Assembly: GCF_009914755.1 (NCBI RefSeq)
Contig: NC_060937.1
DNA from: the human T2T-CHM13v2.0 reference genome, Homo sapiens
Direction: 5' to 3' (one strand)
Length of the DNA: 64,000 nucleotides
Within the stretch, counting starts at the first letter, position 1; every line of letters begins with the position of its first letter. The notes below the pieces were generated by a model, which ran no database searches, was not told the origin of the DNA, and saw only the letters and a list, made by a program, of their open reading frames with translations. The position numbers and the translations under genes are program-made. Positions 1 to 14,180 of this stretch are shown here, one piece after another.

Positions 1-570
1 TACATTAATTGACCTATCTAATTAGTCTTTTCCTGGAATAAAGTTTCTCAGAAAGTGGGTATAAAATCTTAGAGCAGTGATTACTTTATGGGTAAATAGG
101 CAAATATAATTTTCATTTCAACACAGTTACTTTCAGGGTGAAATTGGCTACTATTGATAATGACAACAGGACAACAGATAGAAAACCAGGATTGTCCTGG
201 ACACCATGGAAAGTTCTGGAAAGGAAATTAGAAACAAGATGAACAGAGAAAAGAAAGACACAAGGATATGCTGAAACATTTTGAAACACTGTTACAATGA
301 CTAGTAGAGGAACATACTAGTATGTAGTAAACAAACTTAAGCTCACTGAAAAAGATGGAGTAAAAACATAAGCGTAGGAAACAGCCAGTCTCTGGAACAG
401 TAAACATCCCTGTAAATAGGCCACTGCTGTGACCACAGGGCAGGAGGGCAAACAAACAATTGCATGTATCCACATTGTAGAAAGAACATCAGGTTCAGAA
501 TGATTCATTCATACAACTCTGTCTCGGCGTGAAGGATTCACACATATACACAGACAAGAAGATAGGAGAC

Positions 571-954
<384 letters not shown>

Positions 955-1630
955 TTATCCTAAGAATATATTAACCGGCAACTTGTTTTCTGATTATTCA
1001 CTAAAGTCAACTCAGTTATAAAACAACAGACAGTTTACAAAGATAAGGATCATAGAGTGACAGGAGGGGAAGCCACCTAAAGAAGGCATTGATGATCAAG
1101 GATAGAAAATTGCAAAGCAGATGTAGAGGGGTCAAGGAATATTATATCTTGAGTACAGTAAAGGGGGGTGGATGAGTTATAATTCCATCTTGCTGCCCTC
1201 AGCTCTATTGATTCTTCGGCTCCTTAAATATGAAAATAGAAGAAAGGCAAACACTTAACAGGTATTTTTAAAAATCTGGATGGGCTAAGCTAAATCCATA
1301 TGGGCCCATTCCACTTGATATGCAGGTGAGCACATAGTCCTTTCACGGCAATGGCAAAGGTGAAGTTACACCTGTATTGCTTTCTTGGAGCCCTGGGAAA
1401 TATTGGTCACCTGAACTCCCCAAAAACAAGTGTGGAGAAAGGGAAGTGAGCAACAAGGTACCTGGTGTCATTGTCCTGGTAGAAGCACTGCGGGGAGGAG
1501 TCCTGCAAGCTGCAATCAGCTGAGTCAGGGAAGGACAGGACAGAGGCCCTGGCCAAGTTTCCTTTAAGAAAATAGCAATTTTCTCCCACAAGTAACGTGA
1601 CATTCAATTTCACCCAATATCCACACCTGA

Positions 1631-2018
<388 letters not shown>

Positions 2019-2140
2019 GATTATTAGACCTGTTTTATGATGTACAATTTGATTTAAGAAATCTTAAGGAAAAACAGCAAATGCAAGATATTTAATGCAA
2101 AGCAGAGATAGTTTTCCTTTAGTAGAATTGTCTTAACAAT

Positions 2141-3120
2141 CATCATACTGTCTTCCACAATGGTTGAACTAATTTACATTCCCACCAACAGCATCAACAC
2201 GTTCCTATTTCTCCACATCCTTTCCAGCATCTGTTGTTTCCTGACTTTTTAATGATCGCCATTCTAACTTGCGCCATTCTAACTGGTGAGACGGTATCTC
2301 ATTGTGGTTTTGATTTGCATTTCTCTAACGACCAGTGATGAAGAGCTTTTTTTCATGTTTGTTGGCCACATAAATGTCTTCTTTAGAGAAGTGTCTGTTC
2401 ATATCCTTTGTCCACTTTTTGATGGGGTTGTTTTTTTTTTTTCTTGTAAATTTGTTTAAGTTCCTTGTAGATTCTGGATATTAGCCGTTTGTTAGATGGA
2501 TAGATTGCACAAATTTTCTCCCATTCTGTAGGTTGCCTGTTCACTCTGACAATAGTTCTTTTTGCTGTGCAGAAGCTCTTTAGTTTAATTAGATCCCACT
2601 TGTCAATTTTGGCTTTTGTTGCCATTACTTTTGGTGTTTTAATCATGAAGTCTTTGCCCATGCCTATGTCCTGAAAGATATTGCCTAGGTTTTCTTCTAG
2701 GCTTTTTATGGTGGTTTGAGGTCTTATGTTTAAGTCTTTAACACCATGGAATACTATGCAGCCATAAAAACGGATGAGTTTATGTCTTTTGCAGGGACAT
2801 GGATGAAGCTGGAAACCATCATTCTCAGCAAACTAACACAGGAACAGAAAACCAAACACTGCATGTTCTCACTCATAAATGGGAGTTGAACAATGAGAAC
2901 ACATAGAAACAGGGAGGGGGACATCACACACCTGGGCCTGTTGAGGGGAAGAATAGCATTAGGAGAAATACCTAATGTAGATGACAGGTTGATAGGTGCA
3001 GCAAACCACCATGGCATGTGTATACCTATGTATCAAACCTGCACGTTCTGCACATATATACCAGAATTTAAACTACAATAATAATTTTAAAAATCACTAA
3101 ACAACAACAACAACAACTAA
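2141..3120 (+). mobile_element. 5'-truncated, 5'-inverted L1PA: antisense ORF2 piece 2141-2741, sense 3' end 2742-3120
   Basis: Minus ORF 2383-2661 is L1 ORF2 ([19 protein letters not shown]); sense 3'UTR from CACCATGGAATACTATGCAGCC; (AAC)n tail; degenerate TSD AACAATCATCATA (2135-2147) / AACCATTCATCATA (3122-3135). Confidence 0.92.
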
Positions 3121-3136
3121 AAACCATTCATCATAT

Positions 3137-3625
3137 TGTGTCCTGAATTGGTTCCTTCCAGTGGGTTCTTGGTCTCGCTGACTTCAAGAATGAAGCCGCA
3201 GACCCTCGTGGTGAGTGTTACAGTTCTTAAAGATGGTGTGTCTGGAGTTTGTTCCTTTAGATGTTCAAATGTGTCCAGAGTTTCTTCCTTCTGGTGGGTT
3301 CGTGGTCTTGCTGACTTCAGGAGTGAAGCCACAGACCTTCGCAGTGAGTGTTAAAGCTCTTAAGGGTGGTGCAGAGCCAAAGAGCAGCAAGATTTATTGT
3401 GAAGAGCGAAAGAACAAAGCTTCCACAGCGTGGAAGGGGACCCCAGCGGGTGGTCATTGGTGGCTCTGGTGGCCAGCTTTTATTCCCTTATTTGGCCCTA
3501 CCCACGTCCTGCTGATTGGTCCATTTTACAGAGTGCTGATTGGTGTGTTAACAATCCTTTAGCTAGACAGAAAAGTTCTCCAAGCCCCTACTCGACCCAG
3601 GAAGTCCAGCTGGCTTCACCTCTCA
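3137..3625 (-). mobile_element. LTR12-family (ERV9) solo LTR
   Basis: TG...CA ends; GGTCTCGCTGACTTCAAGAATGAAGCCGCAGACC and repeated GCTGATTGGT (CCAAT boxes); flanks ATAT/GTAT. Confidence 0.92.
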
Positions 3626-3661
3626 GTATTATCTCCCCTAGCCAATCAAAAACGTTTAGGG

Positions 3662-4029
3662 TACCAGATATGGTAGCTCACTCCTGTAATTCCAGCATTT
3701 TGGGAGGCTGAGGCTGGCAAATTGCTTGATCTCAGGAGTTTTAGACCAGCCTGGGAACATGGCAAAACGCTGTCTCAAAAAAAAAAAAAAAAAAAAATTG
3801 AAGGGTGTGATGGCCTGCGCCTGTAGTCTGGCTACTTGGGGGTAGGGGACTGGAGGTAGGGGAGTGAGGGTAGGGGACTGGGGGTAGGGGACTGAGGTGA
3901 GGGTTTCTCTTGAGGCCCAGAATTCGAGGCTGCAGTGAGCTATGATTATGTCATTCCATCCCAGCCTGGGTGACAAAGTGAGACCCAGTCTCAAAAAAAA
4001 AAAAAAAGAAAAGAAAAGAAAAAAAAAAA
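3662..4029 (+). mobile_element. Alu SINE (AluJ-like) with internal G-rich tandem repeat
   Basis: Dimeric Alu with expanded A linker and A-rich tail; TSD AAAA(C)GTTTAGGG on both sides. Confidence 0.92.
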
Positions 4030-5389
4030 GTTTAGGGCACTATTATTTCCTAAATGTAATTATAAACTGAATTCCTTGGAAATATTCATTTGAATTGACT
4101 AAAACATGATAATATTATGTCAATTTACGTTTCTAAATGTATTTTTATTATTTTCATCCTTATTAGATTATTTCCTAGCTGCTTTCAAATTAGTAATCAT
4201 AATTATGCAAAAACAAACGTAAGTCATCAAAAGGTAGGCATGTCAGCATTAAACCTGCTATTTTTAGGATAAGATCCACTTTCCGTGAAGTTTGTTTTAT
4301 TGCTTCCTAGTTCTCTGTGCAGAAATGTGCTCCGGGAGGCCTGCCCTGCTCCGCCCAGCTGTCAATCTGCTGCGCGTTTCCTTCACCAGCTACTGCTTCC
4401 TCCTGGGCCTCCCGGCATTCACCAGCCAGGAGGCAGAACTTGGCCTCCCTTAATCCTGAATAGGCATGCAGGGTTACATGCTAGACACAAAGGAAGCCAC
4501 AGCCAGCAGAAGGCGAGCCGACAAGAACAAGGAAATGGTTCTGCCGTCACATCCCCTGGAATCTCTGTGCCTTGGTGTCTCCGTTGGTAAAGACAGGATG
4601 TCCTAGATCTCCAAGGTTTCTTGAAAAACTAAAACCCATTATTGTTTAATGCCTTCTAGAAGTTGCCTAGGAAACACTTCTTAGAAAAGATTCACAAACA
4701 GACCTGGAATGAATCCTTCTCGCTCTTCATACACTGAGACAGGTTGAAATCTAAGACCATGGCAGGGAGAAGCCGCACGCGGAGTCGCACTGTCAGGATC
4801 CAGGATCGGTAGGAAACAGGCTCTGTGCCCTGCTCTGGCACCAGCCGGGCTGGCCCTTATCTGAATCCATTCCAAATGCTTGACGCTACCTTAAGCCACA
4901 GAACTCAGAATTAGATATAATAGGCGAGGCAAATGCTCACTATTCATGATACAAGATAAATCCTGATAAGGATAATAAAAGTAGAAGTTATCTGTGATTA
5001 GCTTTAAACAAAGCTTTGCTGCCTTGAAAACACTTTCTTTTCCCATATCTATATCATTTTCTCCCACGGTAATTTCAAATCATGACCTTTTATTTGGAAT
5101 TTGAGCTCTGTACTTTCCCCTCTAAATGAACTATCCTTAGAAACATTAATTATCTTTGAAAGCATAATTTCAGTAGCAGCAAAAGAATTCACTGTAATTT
5201 AAAAATTCTAGTATTGGTTATTTCTATATTTTACTAATACAACTAACGCTGTCATAAGCACCCTTGTGATAACCCCTTGCTTCAAGACTATTTCTTATGT
5301 TAAATTACCACAATTTTTTTTTTTTAATTCATGCATTCAGATCTTAATCAGATTGCAAGTTCTTCAGGCTTGGAACCATATCACCACAA

Positions 5390-5704
5390 TGAACAGCCAA
5401 GTATAAAGGGTCCCTGGGGAAACCCCAACCGGCCTGCGCCCTGGGAGAATGGGGTGGAGCCACGGAAGTTCACGCGCTTTGCAGAGGGGAGGAGCCTGGC
5501 CTCTCCTGATCCTGGATAGTACCTGAGATTCAATCGCTGAGGCGGGAAAACCGGCTAGCAGGACTGTTGCTTTGCTGAGAGTCCCTGTTTCCCTTTTTTT
5601 CCTTTTGGCCCGATAAATTCCATTTTTCTCACCCTTCAAAATCTCTGTGACCCTAATCTCTCATGGCCATGTGACATGGGCCCTAAAGAGAAAGTCCTAC
5701 AACA
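5390..5704 (+). mobile_element. MER61-family ERV1 solo LTR
   Basis: TGAACAGCCAAGTATAAAGGGTCCC...GGGGTGGAGCCACGGAAGTTC...CTCACCCTTCAA...CCTACAACA matches recalled MER61A consensus. Confidence 0.8.
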
Positions 5705-6289
5705 ATAGCTTTCATATGATAATATCAGTGATAAGCTGTCGTTTACAATGGACGCCTCTCAGGAAGGTGTCCCTCAATAACTTGAACATTTAAAAAATTA
5801 AAAGATTGATTGTAGAGAGTCCACCTATGAAATGAGCACATATTAGGGCAGAGCGAGAAAATCAACGTAAAGAAACAGAGCAGCTGGCATGTCTACAAAA
5901 CTCAACTTGAACATAGTGGGGGATATTAGCATAACCGAAGAAAACCGCTGTCAGCAGTTTGGGAGGGAAGGACTGGGTCTGAACACACAGACAAATTATA
6001 GCAAGAGCCACCAAGGTGGACGTTGCTTACCCAGTGCTCATGGAGTGAGTCAGAGCCCAAAGTATTCTTCCCCTGAGCAAAGCCATCTCTATTGTCAGAT
6101 GCAGAAGCCCCAGCCAGGGGCCCGGAGATGCCTGGATTCTTCTAAATCCTGCAGGTCTTCGAGGCCTCTTGCAACTGTAATTGAGTTTCCTGTGTAGGTG
6201 CTCAGGGGAGAGAAAGCTCGGTTATTGAGACTTTCATTCTCCTGGACTTTGTAGAGTGATTTCTCATTGAATTTAAGAAATAACACACA

Positions 6290-6800
6290 GTCATTCAATT
6301 AGCAAAGCTTTAGCATGCAGCAGCTCTTCGCCAGGTCTTATGCCAGGCCCTGGGGATGAAAGGACGAACAAGATAACCCTGCCCTCAGGGAGCTTCCAGT
6401 CCAAAGAAACCCAGGAGGCTCAACACAATGTGATGATTTCTGTGACGTGGTTAAGTCCAGGGGGCCATAAAAAGCGGGGCCTCTAACCAGGTCTGTGGGC
6501 AGGCGAGCACTGGAGAAAGTTTCTATGAAGAGACAGCGTATCTGGATGAAAGCACACAGAAGAGTGTAAATTAGTCAGGTAAATGAATGAGGATGAGAGA
6601 CCAGGGCTACGCGATGAGGAAGAAGTGGCTTCCAGGTAGAAAACAGGTGTGAGCCATTTTGTCCTCAAGAATCTACAAACTGTTGTGTGTGGACGGGGCA
6701 CAGGTATGAAGTTATAGACCAGTAAGAGATGGGGCTAGACACACAGGCATGGAGACTCCTCCCCAGCCATGTGCAGGAGATCACTCTAAGGTTTGTGAGC
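6290..6800 (-). mobile_element. L2 LINE 3' remnant
   Basis: TCATTCAA...TGCCAGGCCCTGGGGAT...CCCTGCCCTCAGGGAGCTTCCAGTC typical of antisense L2 3' end. Confidence 0.6.
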
Positions 6801-6829
6801 AAGGAAGTCACCTACCATTTACTTCTGCA

Positions 6830-7060
6830 AAGGTCTCTATCATTACAGGGTGCCTACTCTGCCCAGTACTATTGTAAATACTTCCCATACATTGAGCTGC
6901 ACACTGGGGCTTATTATTCTCATTTTACTGCTGAGAAACTGAGTCCCTACCTCTTGGGCCCTTGCCCAGAGCCACACATGTGGCAGCTGCAGAGCTGGTG
7001 CCTTGACTTGGGTCCCCTGAGCCTGGAGTCTTGTGCACACAACTGCCGTCATGCTACACT
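6830..7060 (-). mobile_element. MIR SINE
   Basis: ATTCTCATTTTACTGCTGAGAAACTGAG...CTTGCCCAGAGCCACACA core. Confidence 0.65.
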
Positions 7061-7687
7061 GCCAGCGGGCAGGTAGACTGAGACCAGGGCATGGCCCCTC
7101 ATCTGCATGTAAGCAAGGCTGCTGCTTCTCTGTGTGGGTGATGCTGGTAGGGTTTCCTAACCCAGGCCAACAATGAAAACATTAAGTAACACTGGGTTCA
7201 GGGCCACCCATTGCAAAATACGTTGGTAAGATCCTGTTAGGTCTAAATTGATCTGTTTTTTAATGGCTCAGTTTCAGCTCCAGGCTTCAGCAGATGTGTC
7301 GTTGAGGCGGTGTAAGATGAAAGTACATATGGCCGAGGCCGTGAGCTAAATGCAGCAGTGGGCTGTGTCTGGAGAAGACAGCCTTTTGAAGTGTGTTGAA
7401 GAATAGTTAATGGCAAGAGAGAGTGCTTTGGACACATTGTGTGGTTTTTAAAGAAGGCTATAAAATTGATATGCTGTATAGTGGACATTGTGTTTCACAT
7501 GTACACACCCAATGTATAAATAGAAAAACACAGGAAAAGATTATATCAAAATACAGAGTGGCAGACTTATACATGATTTTAGCTTTCTTCTATTTTCCAC
7601 ATTTTTTTATGATAAACACGCATTGTTTTGTATATTCAGGAATATTTTTTCTCCAAGAAGTTGTCACCAGAAACTTAAGAAAAAGCC

Positions 7688-9830
7688 TTTTTATTGAAAT
7701 ATGCATTTAAAAAGTGCACAAATGAAAATTTTACAGCTTGACAAGGCCCCAGAGTCAGCCCATGATGTAGCCGGTGCCCAGGTCTACCTAGGAGGAGAAT
7801 ATTACCACCCTTTCCAGAAGCTTCAGGCTCTGCAAAGATAAATTCTGATGCCACAAATAGTTTGCCTGTTTCTGAAGTTTATATAAGTGGAGTGCAGTGC
7901 AGTGTGTACCCTTTGGCATGTAGCTGATTTACATCAACACTGTGCTTATGAGGATTCTCCTGTGTTCCTGCAAGCGGCAATCATGTTTCCTTCTCTTTGC
8001 TCCATCATGCTCCACTGTATGAACATGCTGCATTGAGATTGTTCCCGCCATGACTAGCTGGGCCCAGTTAATGCAAGTGCTCCACTTTAATAAGATTTTC
8101 AGAGTTTTCCAAAATGATTCTACCACATTACACCCTTGCTAACCATGCAGGTGAGTACTAGTTGCTCCACATTTTTACAGACACCTGTGTTCATTTTGCT
8201 CTTTCTGGTGGGTATCTAATGGGATTGTAGTGTGATTTCAATTTGCAATTTCTTCATGACAAATGAAGTTATGCACCTTTTCATATTGATGGCAGCGGCC
8301 ATCACAGCAGTTGCAGCAGGGAGGCGCAGCTAGGGCTGCACACTCCATGGGGCCAGTGGACCCTGCCCCTTCTGAGTTGGGGCGGGAACTCCCTGGGTGC
8401 TGTTGCAGCCACCCAAACTGCAGCTGCAGACCCAGGCCTCCTGCTCTACAGAGTAGGCAGGAGCTGGGAACAAGCAGGAACCCTGCCCCTTTAGAGTCAG
8501 TGGGGGTAGGGAGCTCCTGGGTGCAGCCCAGGCACAGGACCCAGGCATCTCTGCAGCCTGTACCCATGGGGTCCTCAGGAAGGAACCCCCCATGTCCCTG
8601 CAGTCTCAGGAGTATCTTCCCCCACTGCCTGGCCTCTCTTTGTGCCACGAGCCTGCTCCCATCTCAGAGTAGGGATTGGGGCCAAGCCCCAAGGGCCATG
8701 AATGGCAGTGGGAGGCAGATTGATTCCTGAATGGAAATGGGCAGGTCCCCATGAAGGCCCCCCTTCAGGCTAGGGAGGGCCTGAAGGTTGGAGTGGGGAC
8801 TCATGGTGCCTCTTCCAGCCCCACCCATGGCTGCCCATGGACCAATCAGCACGCATTTCCACCCCTCTGAGGTCCATAAAAGCCCTGGGCTCAGCCAGAG
8901 CAGGGCAGAGGATGGCCAGAGGACCAAGAGGGCAGAAAGAAGAGGAGACAACCAGCTGCAGAGAGGAGTACCCTCTCTGCTGATAGTTGGAGATGATGTG
9001 ACAACCAGTTGCAGAGAGCAGCTACCATCTCTGATGAGAACTGCTGTGGGCAGAGATAAGCCACCCTCTCCAGGGCCTCCTCTCCGCTGAGAGCTGCAGA
9101 CATCTGGAGGACTAGTTGAGAGGAGCTACCCTCTCCAGGGCCTCCTCTCTGCTGAGAACTGAACACTCAACAGATGGCCTGCCTGCAGAGAGGAGCTACC
9201 CACTGCAAGTCTCCTCTGAGCTATTCTAACACTCAATAAAGTTCATCTTCATCTTGTGCACCCTTCACTTGTCTGCATACCTCCTTCTTCCTGGACACAG
9301 GACAAGAGCTTGGGTAAAGGTGCTGTGGCCACAGAGGTTTCTGGCCAGAAAAATCGACACCCCAAACATCCCATAACAATATGGTTAATGGCTATGTGGA
9401 TATTATCTTTTGTAATGTGACTTGATGGTTTTTTTTTAAAACCAATCTTTCCATTGACTTAATTGTCTATGTCTTACTGATTTGTAGATCTTGTTTATAT
9501 CTTCCAGATACAAGTCTTTTGTATAATATGGGTAATTGCAAATATCTTGTTCTGCTCTGTTGATTGCCATTTCACCCTCTTACTGGTCTATTTTGATGAA
9601 CTGAATTTATTCATTTTAATGCAGTCCAATTTATCATTTTTGTAAAAGATTCATGTTTTGGGGATCCTATTTAATAAATAGTTTTCTACTCAAAGTCATA
9701 AAGATATTCTGTTTTACTCTAAAAAGTGCTTTGTTTCACCTTTTACATTATGATATATTATCCATCAGGAATTGATATTTATCTATAATGTGATGTATGG
9801 GTCATGATATGTTTGTTCACTTTTCAAGTC
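7688..9830 (-). mobile_element. Old L1M (L1MC/L1ME-type) 3' fragment, split by the MER52 LTR
   Basis: TTTTATTGAAAT...GTTGCTCCACAT...TTTCAATTTGCAATTTCTTCATGAC resumes after 9382 with TTCCAGATACAAGTCTTT...GCAAATATCTT. Confidence 0.7.
8287..9378 (+). mobile_element. MER52-family ERV1 solo LTR
   Basis: TGATGGCAGCGG...CCCATAACA; CCAATCAGC, CATAAAA TATA-like box, AATAAA at 9235-9240; 4-bp TSD ATAT at 8283-8286 and 9379-9382. Confidence 0.88.
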
Positions 9831-10064
9831 TTCCAAATTAATTACCTAAAAATAATTTTTAAATTCTATACAGCACTCCCCCCCTCAAAAGACAATGGCC
9901 CTTCCTGAAAAAATAGTGTATAATAGCAAACCAAAGAAGAGTCCCTGATTAGGAAAGAAGGAGGCAGAAGCCATCAGGTATTGGACAGCAGTCATATATG
10001 TTTTCACATACATCTTTCTATATAGATATAGATATGTATGTACTTATATATCCTGTGAGCTGTG

Positions 10065-10200
10065 TCTTTGTATTCCCATTTTATAGATGAAAATAATAAA
10101 ATGATAATAACAGAAATAAAGCAATTTGCCCATGGTCATACAGTTTGTAAATGGCAGAGACAGGATTCAAATTCCCATCTTATCTCACTCCAACAGCAAT
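10065..10200 (-). mobile_element. MIR SINE
   Basis: CCCATTTTATAGATGAAA...TTGCCCATGGTCATACAG...GGATTCAAA. Confidence 0.7.
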
Positions 10201-11679
10201 GTCCTTTCACTATTCCACACGCACGTAGCAAGGAAAACAGGTAATGATTATTCACTAGGATTCAGTTCCAAACCTACTTTCTCCAAGACTATCACTTGCA
10301 GTCCCACTGGCCGGGCACCATTAATTTTGTGCTTCCAATCCTCCAGATCAATAGGCAGGCAACTGAATGGATGGAATATATCCAATCTATTTCCTAAAAT
10401 GGCTACAGTAACTGGATTGATTCTGCTGTGGTCCAGTTATTTCAGATATAAAGACAGTCCCTAGGAATGGATTATCTAGCCTGAAATGTCTCTCTGATAA
10501 ATAAATTAACACTGCATTTGTCACTAACACCATTTGCATTTGAATGAACTTCTCAGACATCTCCGCAAGAAAAGAAGATCCCATACATAACCCAGCCTCT
10601 GGGACCCCTTTTGCAACACACTGCAAAGAATAATTTCTCTGAAAGTGACCCTGATGAAAAAGCATCACTTGCCTAATTGTTGTGAAAATGAAAGCTTTAT
10701 CTTGTGTTTTTCTATGCCCTCTTTCCACAAACACATTAGGAGGCAATTGCTACTTTATGGTCTAACGCATTTAAGAGGGAAGAAAGCTGGGGCAGCTCAG
10801 CATTGCACGAGGCAAGCTGGGTGCAAAGAGGCTCATGGCACATGGTACAGGGCATGAGTGTTTCCTTGAACCACACTGGAAATCAGGCTGATAGCTGGCA
10901 TTAGAGCTCAGGCAGTTCTTCAGCACCTCACATCTACCTGCTGGAATACATTTGCTCCTCTCATGACGTTAATATTCTAAAAAAACAAAGGTATACACCA
11001 ATCCAATCAATACATTCTGAAACTCATGACCATCAAAGTTATGGAAATGTATTTTTTACATCTTCAATGTTCAGCTAAAAATCAATAAAAATCCATTATC
11101 TAATATTTCAACCGCTACACACTAGAGAAACAATTAGAAATAAATCTCTGCAAAGAAAAAAGTTAAACTGTCTTACACAATTACTAATTATTGATATTTA
11201 TTTGTTATAATAGTATACCTGGTGGGCACTTACTGGTAATTAAATCTATATATAGTAGATCGAGACCTTGCATATATATTGTGACCATTTCAGTGAATAG
11301 TAAGATGCGAAGAGATGGACACTGGTTCAATATTCTTGGTTACTGCTCTAAACGCTGATTTAGTTTCACAATGTTTATTTAGGCACCACAGATCATTAAT
11401 ATTAAGTGAACAAAATGAAATACTGTAACAATCTAAAACTATGCCAGATTTAGTAACTGAGAAAAGGTAAGACGACGAAAATGTGCTTTGCTGTTCGAAC
11501 AATAACACCCAACAAAACATGTTTGGTGAAATTGAGAATCTGGAAAGGAAGTCGAGACCCAAAGAATTAATACTGGTTCAAAAGGAGAAATTTCAATGCT
11601 GAGAATAGCTACAATCAGATGCTGACTTCTTTAAAGCACCCCACGCCCCCACCCAAAGAGATGGCCATATAAGGTAGAC

Positions 11680-11980
<301 letters not shown>

Positions 11981-12357
11981 TAGGCTTTTGATAGATAAAC
12001 CTTACAAGCACGTGTCTTGGATAAAGAAATTGAGGCTGAGAGAATGATCTGATTGACGTCATTGAGTCAGTCAAGGCTGTAACTTGGGTCCAGGCTGTGT
12101 CACTCTCAAGACCTGCTCATTCCCATTCATGGGAGGACTTCCCTGTCCAACAATTCCATCTAAATTTATTTGCATTTTTTAAATCATTTATTTTCTTAGG
12201 CCTGAGCCTCTTTAAATAGGGTACACCTTCTTAGAAAGCAAAACATTACAAAAAATATAGCATATCCTAAATGTCACAAGGAGGAATTATTTTTGGTACC
12301 TCAATGGTTCAAAAATCTGTTTATACACAGTCATAAACTTTAATGGAGGGGCCCCTA

Positions 12358-13800
12358 TCCATTCATTCTCTTAACAAACATTTTTTAAGCATCTACTACG
12401 TGCCAGGTGCCATGCAGAGCACTGGGAATACCAGAATGAGTGAAAATCATGCCTGCCTATGAGAGTTCAAGAAGTAGAGCAGAAAGCAGTGGCTAAAGGA
12501 AATGGCATTCACCCTGGATTGGCTCATAACTCAGTTGGGGGTGCTCAAGGGAGTTTTTTGGGGGGCAGGTGAACACAGATCTGAGTTTTATGTGACAGGT
12601 AGGAGTTTTGTCTGGGTAGTCTGGGAAGCAAGGACTGGATGTTGACCTCAGAAAGGCTTGAAAACGTGGGACTCACTAAAGAAATCAGTCTTTTTTCAGT
12701 CCAGCAGTTCAGAGGTGTAGTATTAGAAGATTGGGAAAGATTGCAGATTGTGAAATTTGCTGGCCAAGCTATGAAGTTCAATTTAACTCAGGGTAATAGG
12801 GAGCCACTGACAGGTCTGAAGCAGAGGAATAACATACTCACATTTGGCTTTTTAAAATAAATTACTCTGGCTGCTTTGAAAGGAGATAAATGGGAAGGGA
12901 ATGAGGATAAGAATGAGGTCCAGGGAAACCAGTCACGAGGTTCTCAGCCATGGCAAAGTGAGAGGCACGGCGCAGACATTGAACAGGTTGGAACCAGCAG
13001 ACCAGCCGTGGCTGATGCCTGATGACACAGGGTGAGGGCAGAGGTGGAATCACGGAAAGTCACGAGTTTCTTGTTGAAGTCTCCACTGGGTGTGTTAAAG
13101 CAAGGTTAGCCTCAAGCTGCCTCCTTCCATGTGTGACATTCGGCCAAAAGGTTTCTTGGTACGTCGTGAACTATAACCTAAATAGAGCTGTAAACAGACT
13201 GTAGCCTACTCTTGTGCCAATCACCAAGTGTTGGCCTATCAAAGGTGGCCAACTTTTCAAATCTTTTCAAATAAAGGGAACGCGGAGCTGTAGCCATCTG
13301 GCCGTTTCTGCACCTCACTTCCGAGTTCTGTCCATAAATCTTCTTCCACCCAGTGGCTGTGCTGCCAGAAGACTGCCCAATTTGCCAATCATTCTTTGCT
13401 CAATTAAATGCCCTTACATTTAATTTGGCTGAAGTTTTTCTTTTAACAGATTGAAACCTCAGTGTGGGAAGAATGGGAATCCAGGAGAAAAAGAAGGTTG
13501 GTGGGTAGATGGATTCAGCTTGGGAAGTTATGTTTAAGGTGCTTGTGTGAAATGCCTCAGGTGATTCCACAAACAGGCTGACTGTGCAGGAGGCCAGGCT
13601 GAGGACTCAATTGTGGCGGTCAGGAGAGTGTAGACAGCAAGCCACATGTGCCAGCGTATGCGGGGGACAGCCACAAAGCGAAGAGCCCCCAAATGGACTC
13701 AGAGAACTGGAAACACCTGAGCAGCAAGAAAACAGAGCCTGAGAGGGAATTTGAGAAGGAGCTCCAGGGAGGATTGGAGCAGCTCTAGCCCCAGAAACCA
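12358..13800 (-). mobile_element. L2 LINE remnant, interrupted by the MER57 LTR
   Basis: CATTCATTC...AAGCATCTACTACGTGCCAGG; GGGAGCCACTGA...AAGCAGAGGAAT...ACTCTGGCTGCT. Confidence 0.65.
13093..13448 (+). mobile_element. MER57-family ERV1 solo LTR
   Basis: TGTTAAA...AAGCTGCCTCCTT...GTAGCCTACTCTTGTGCCAATCACC...TTTTCTTTTAACA. Confidence 0.85.
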
Positions 13801-13873
13801 AGGGAATGAGCCAGGCAGGGGGGCCGTGTCTCTCCAGCCCATCAGCACATCATCTCCCCGTTTACTTACCGTA

Positions 13874-14180
<307 letters not shown>

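Noticed and set aside
2257-2284. CGCCATTCTAACT duplicated inside the L1
   Set aside because: Ordinary micro-duplication in a dead L1.
8238-9166. Overlapping GC-rich ORFs and apparent CpG island
   Set aside because: All lie within the MER52 LTR; CpGs are largely decayed; no protein similarity recognised.
8950-9230. Spaced direct repeats (GAGCTACCC...CTGCTGAGA) resembling a CRISPR-like array
   Set aside because: Internal repeats native to MER52 LTRs; irregular spacing, no cas genes, eukaryotic context.
11383-11466. Possible 84-nt exon (TTTAG|...AAAG|GTAAGA)
   Set aside because: Good donor but weak acceptor and no recognisable peptide; such pairs arise by chance.
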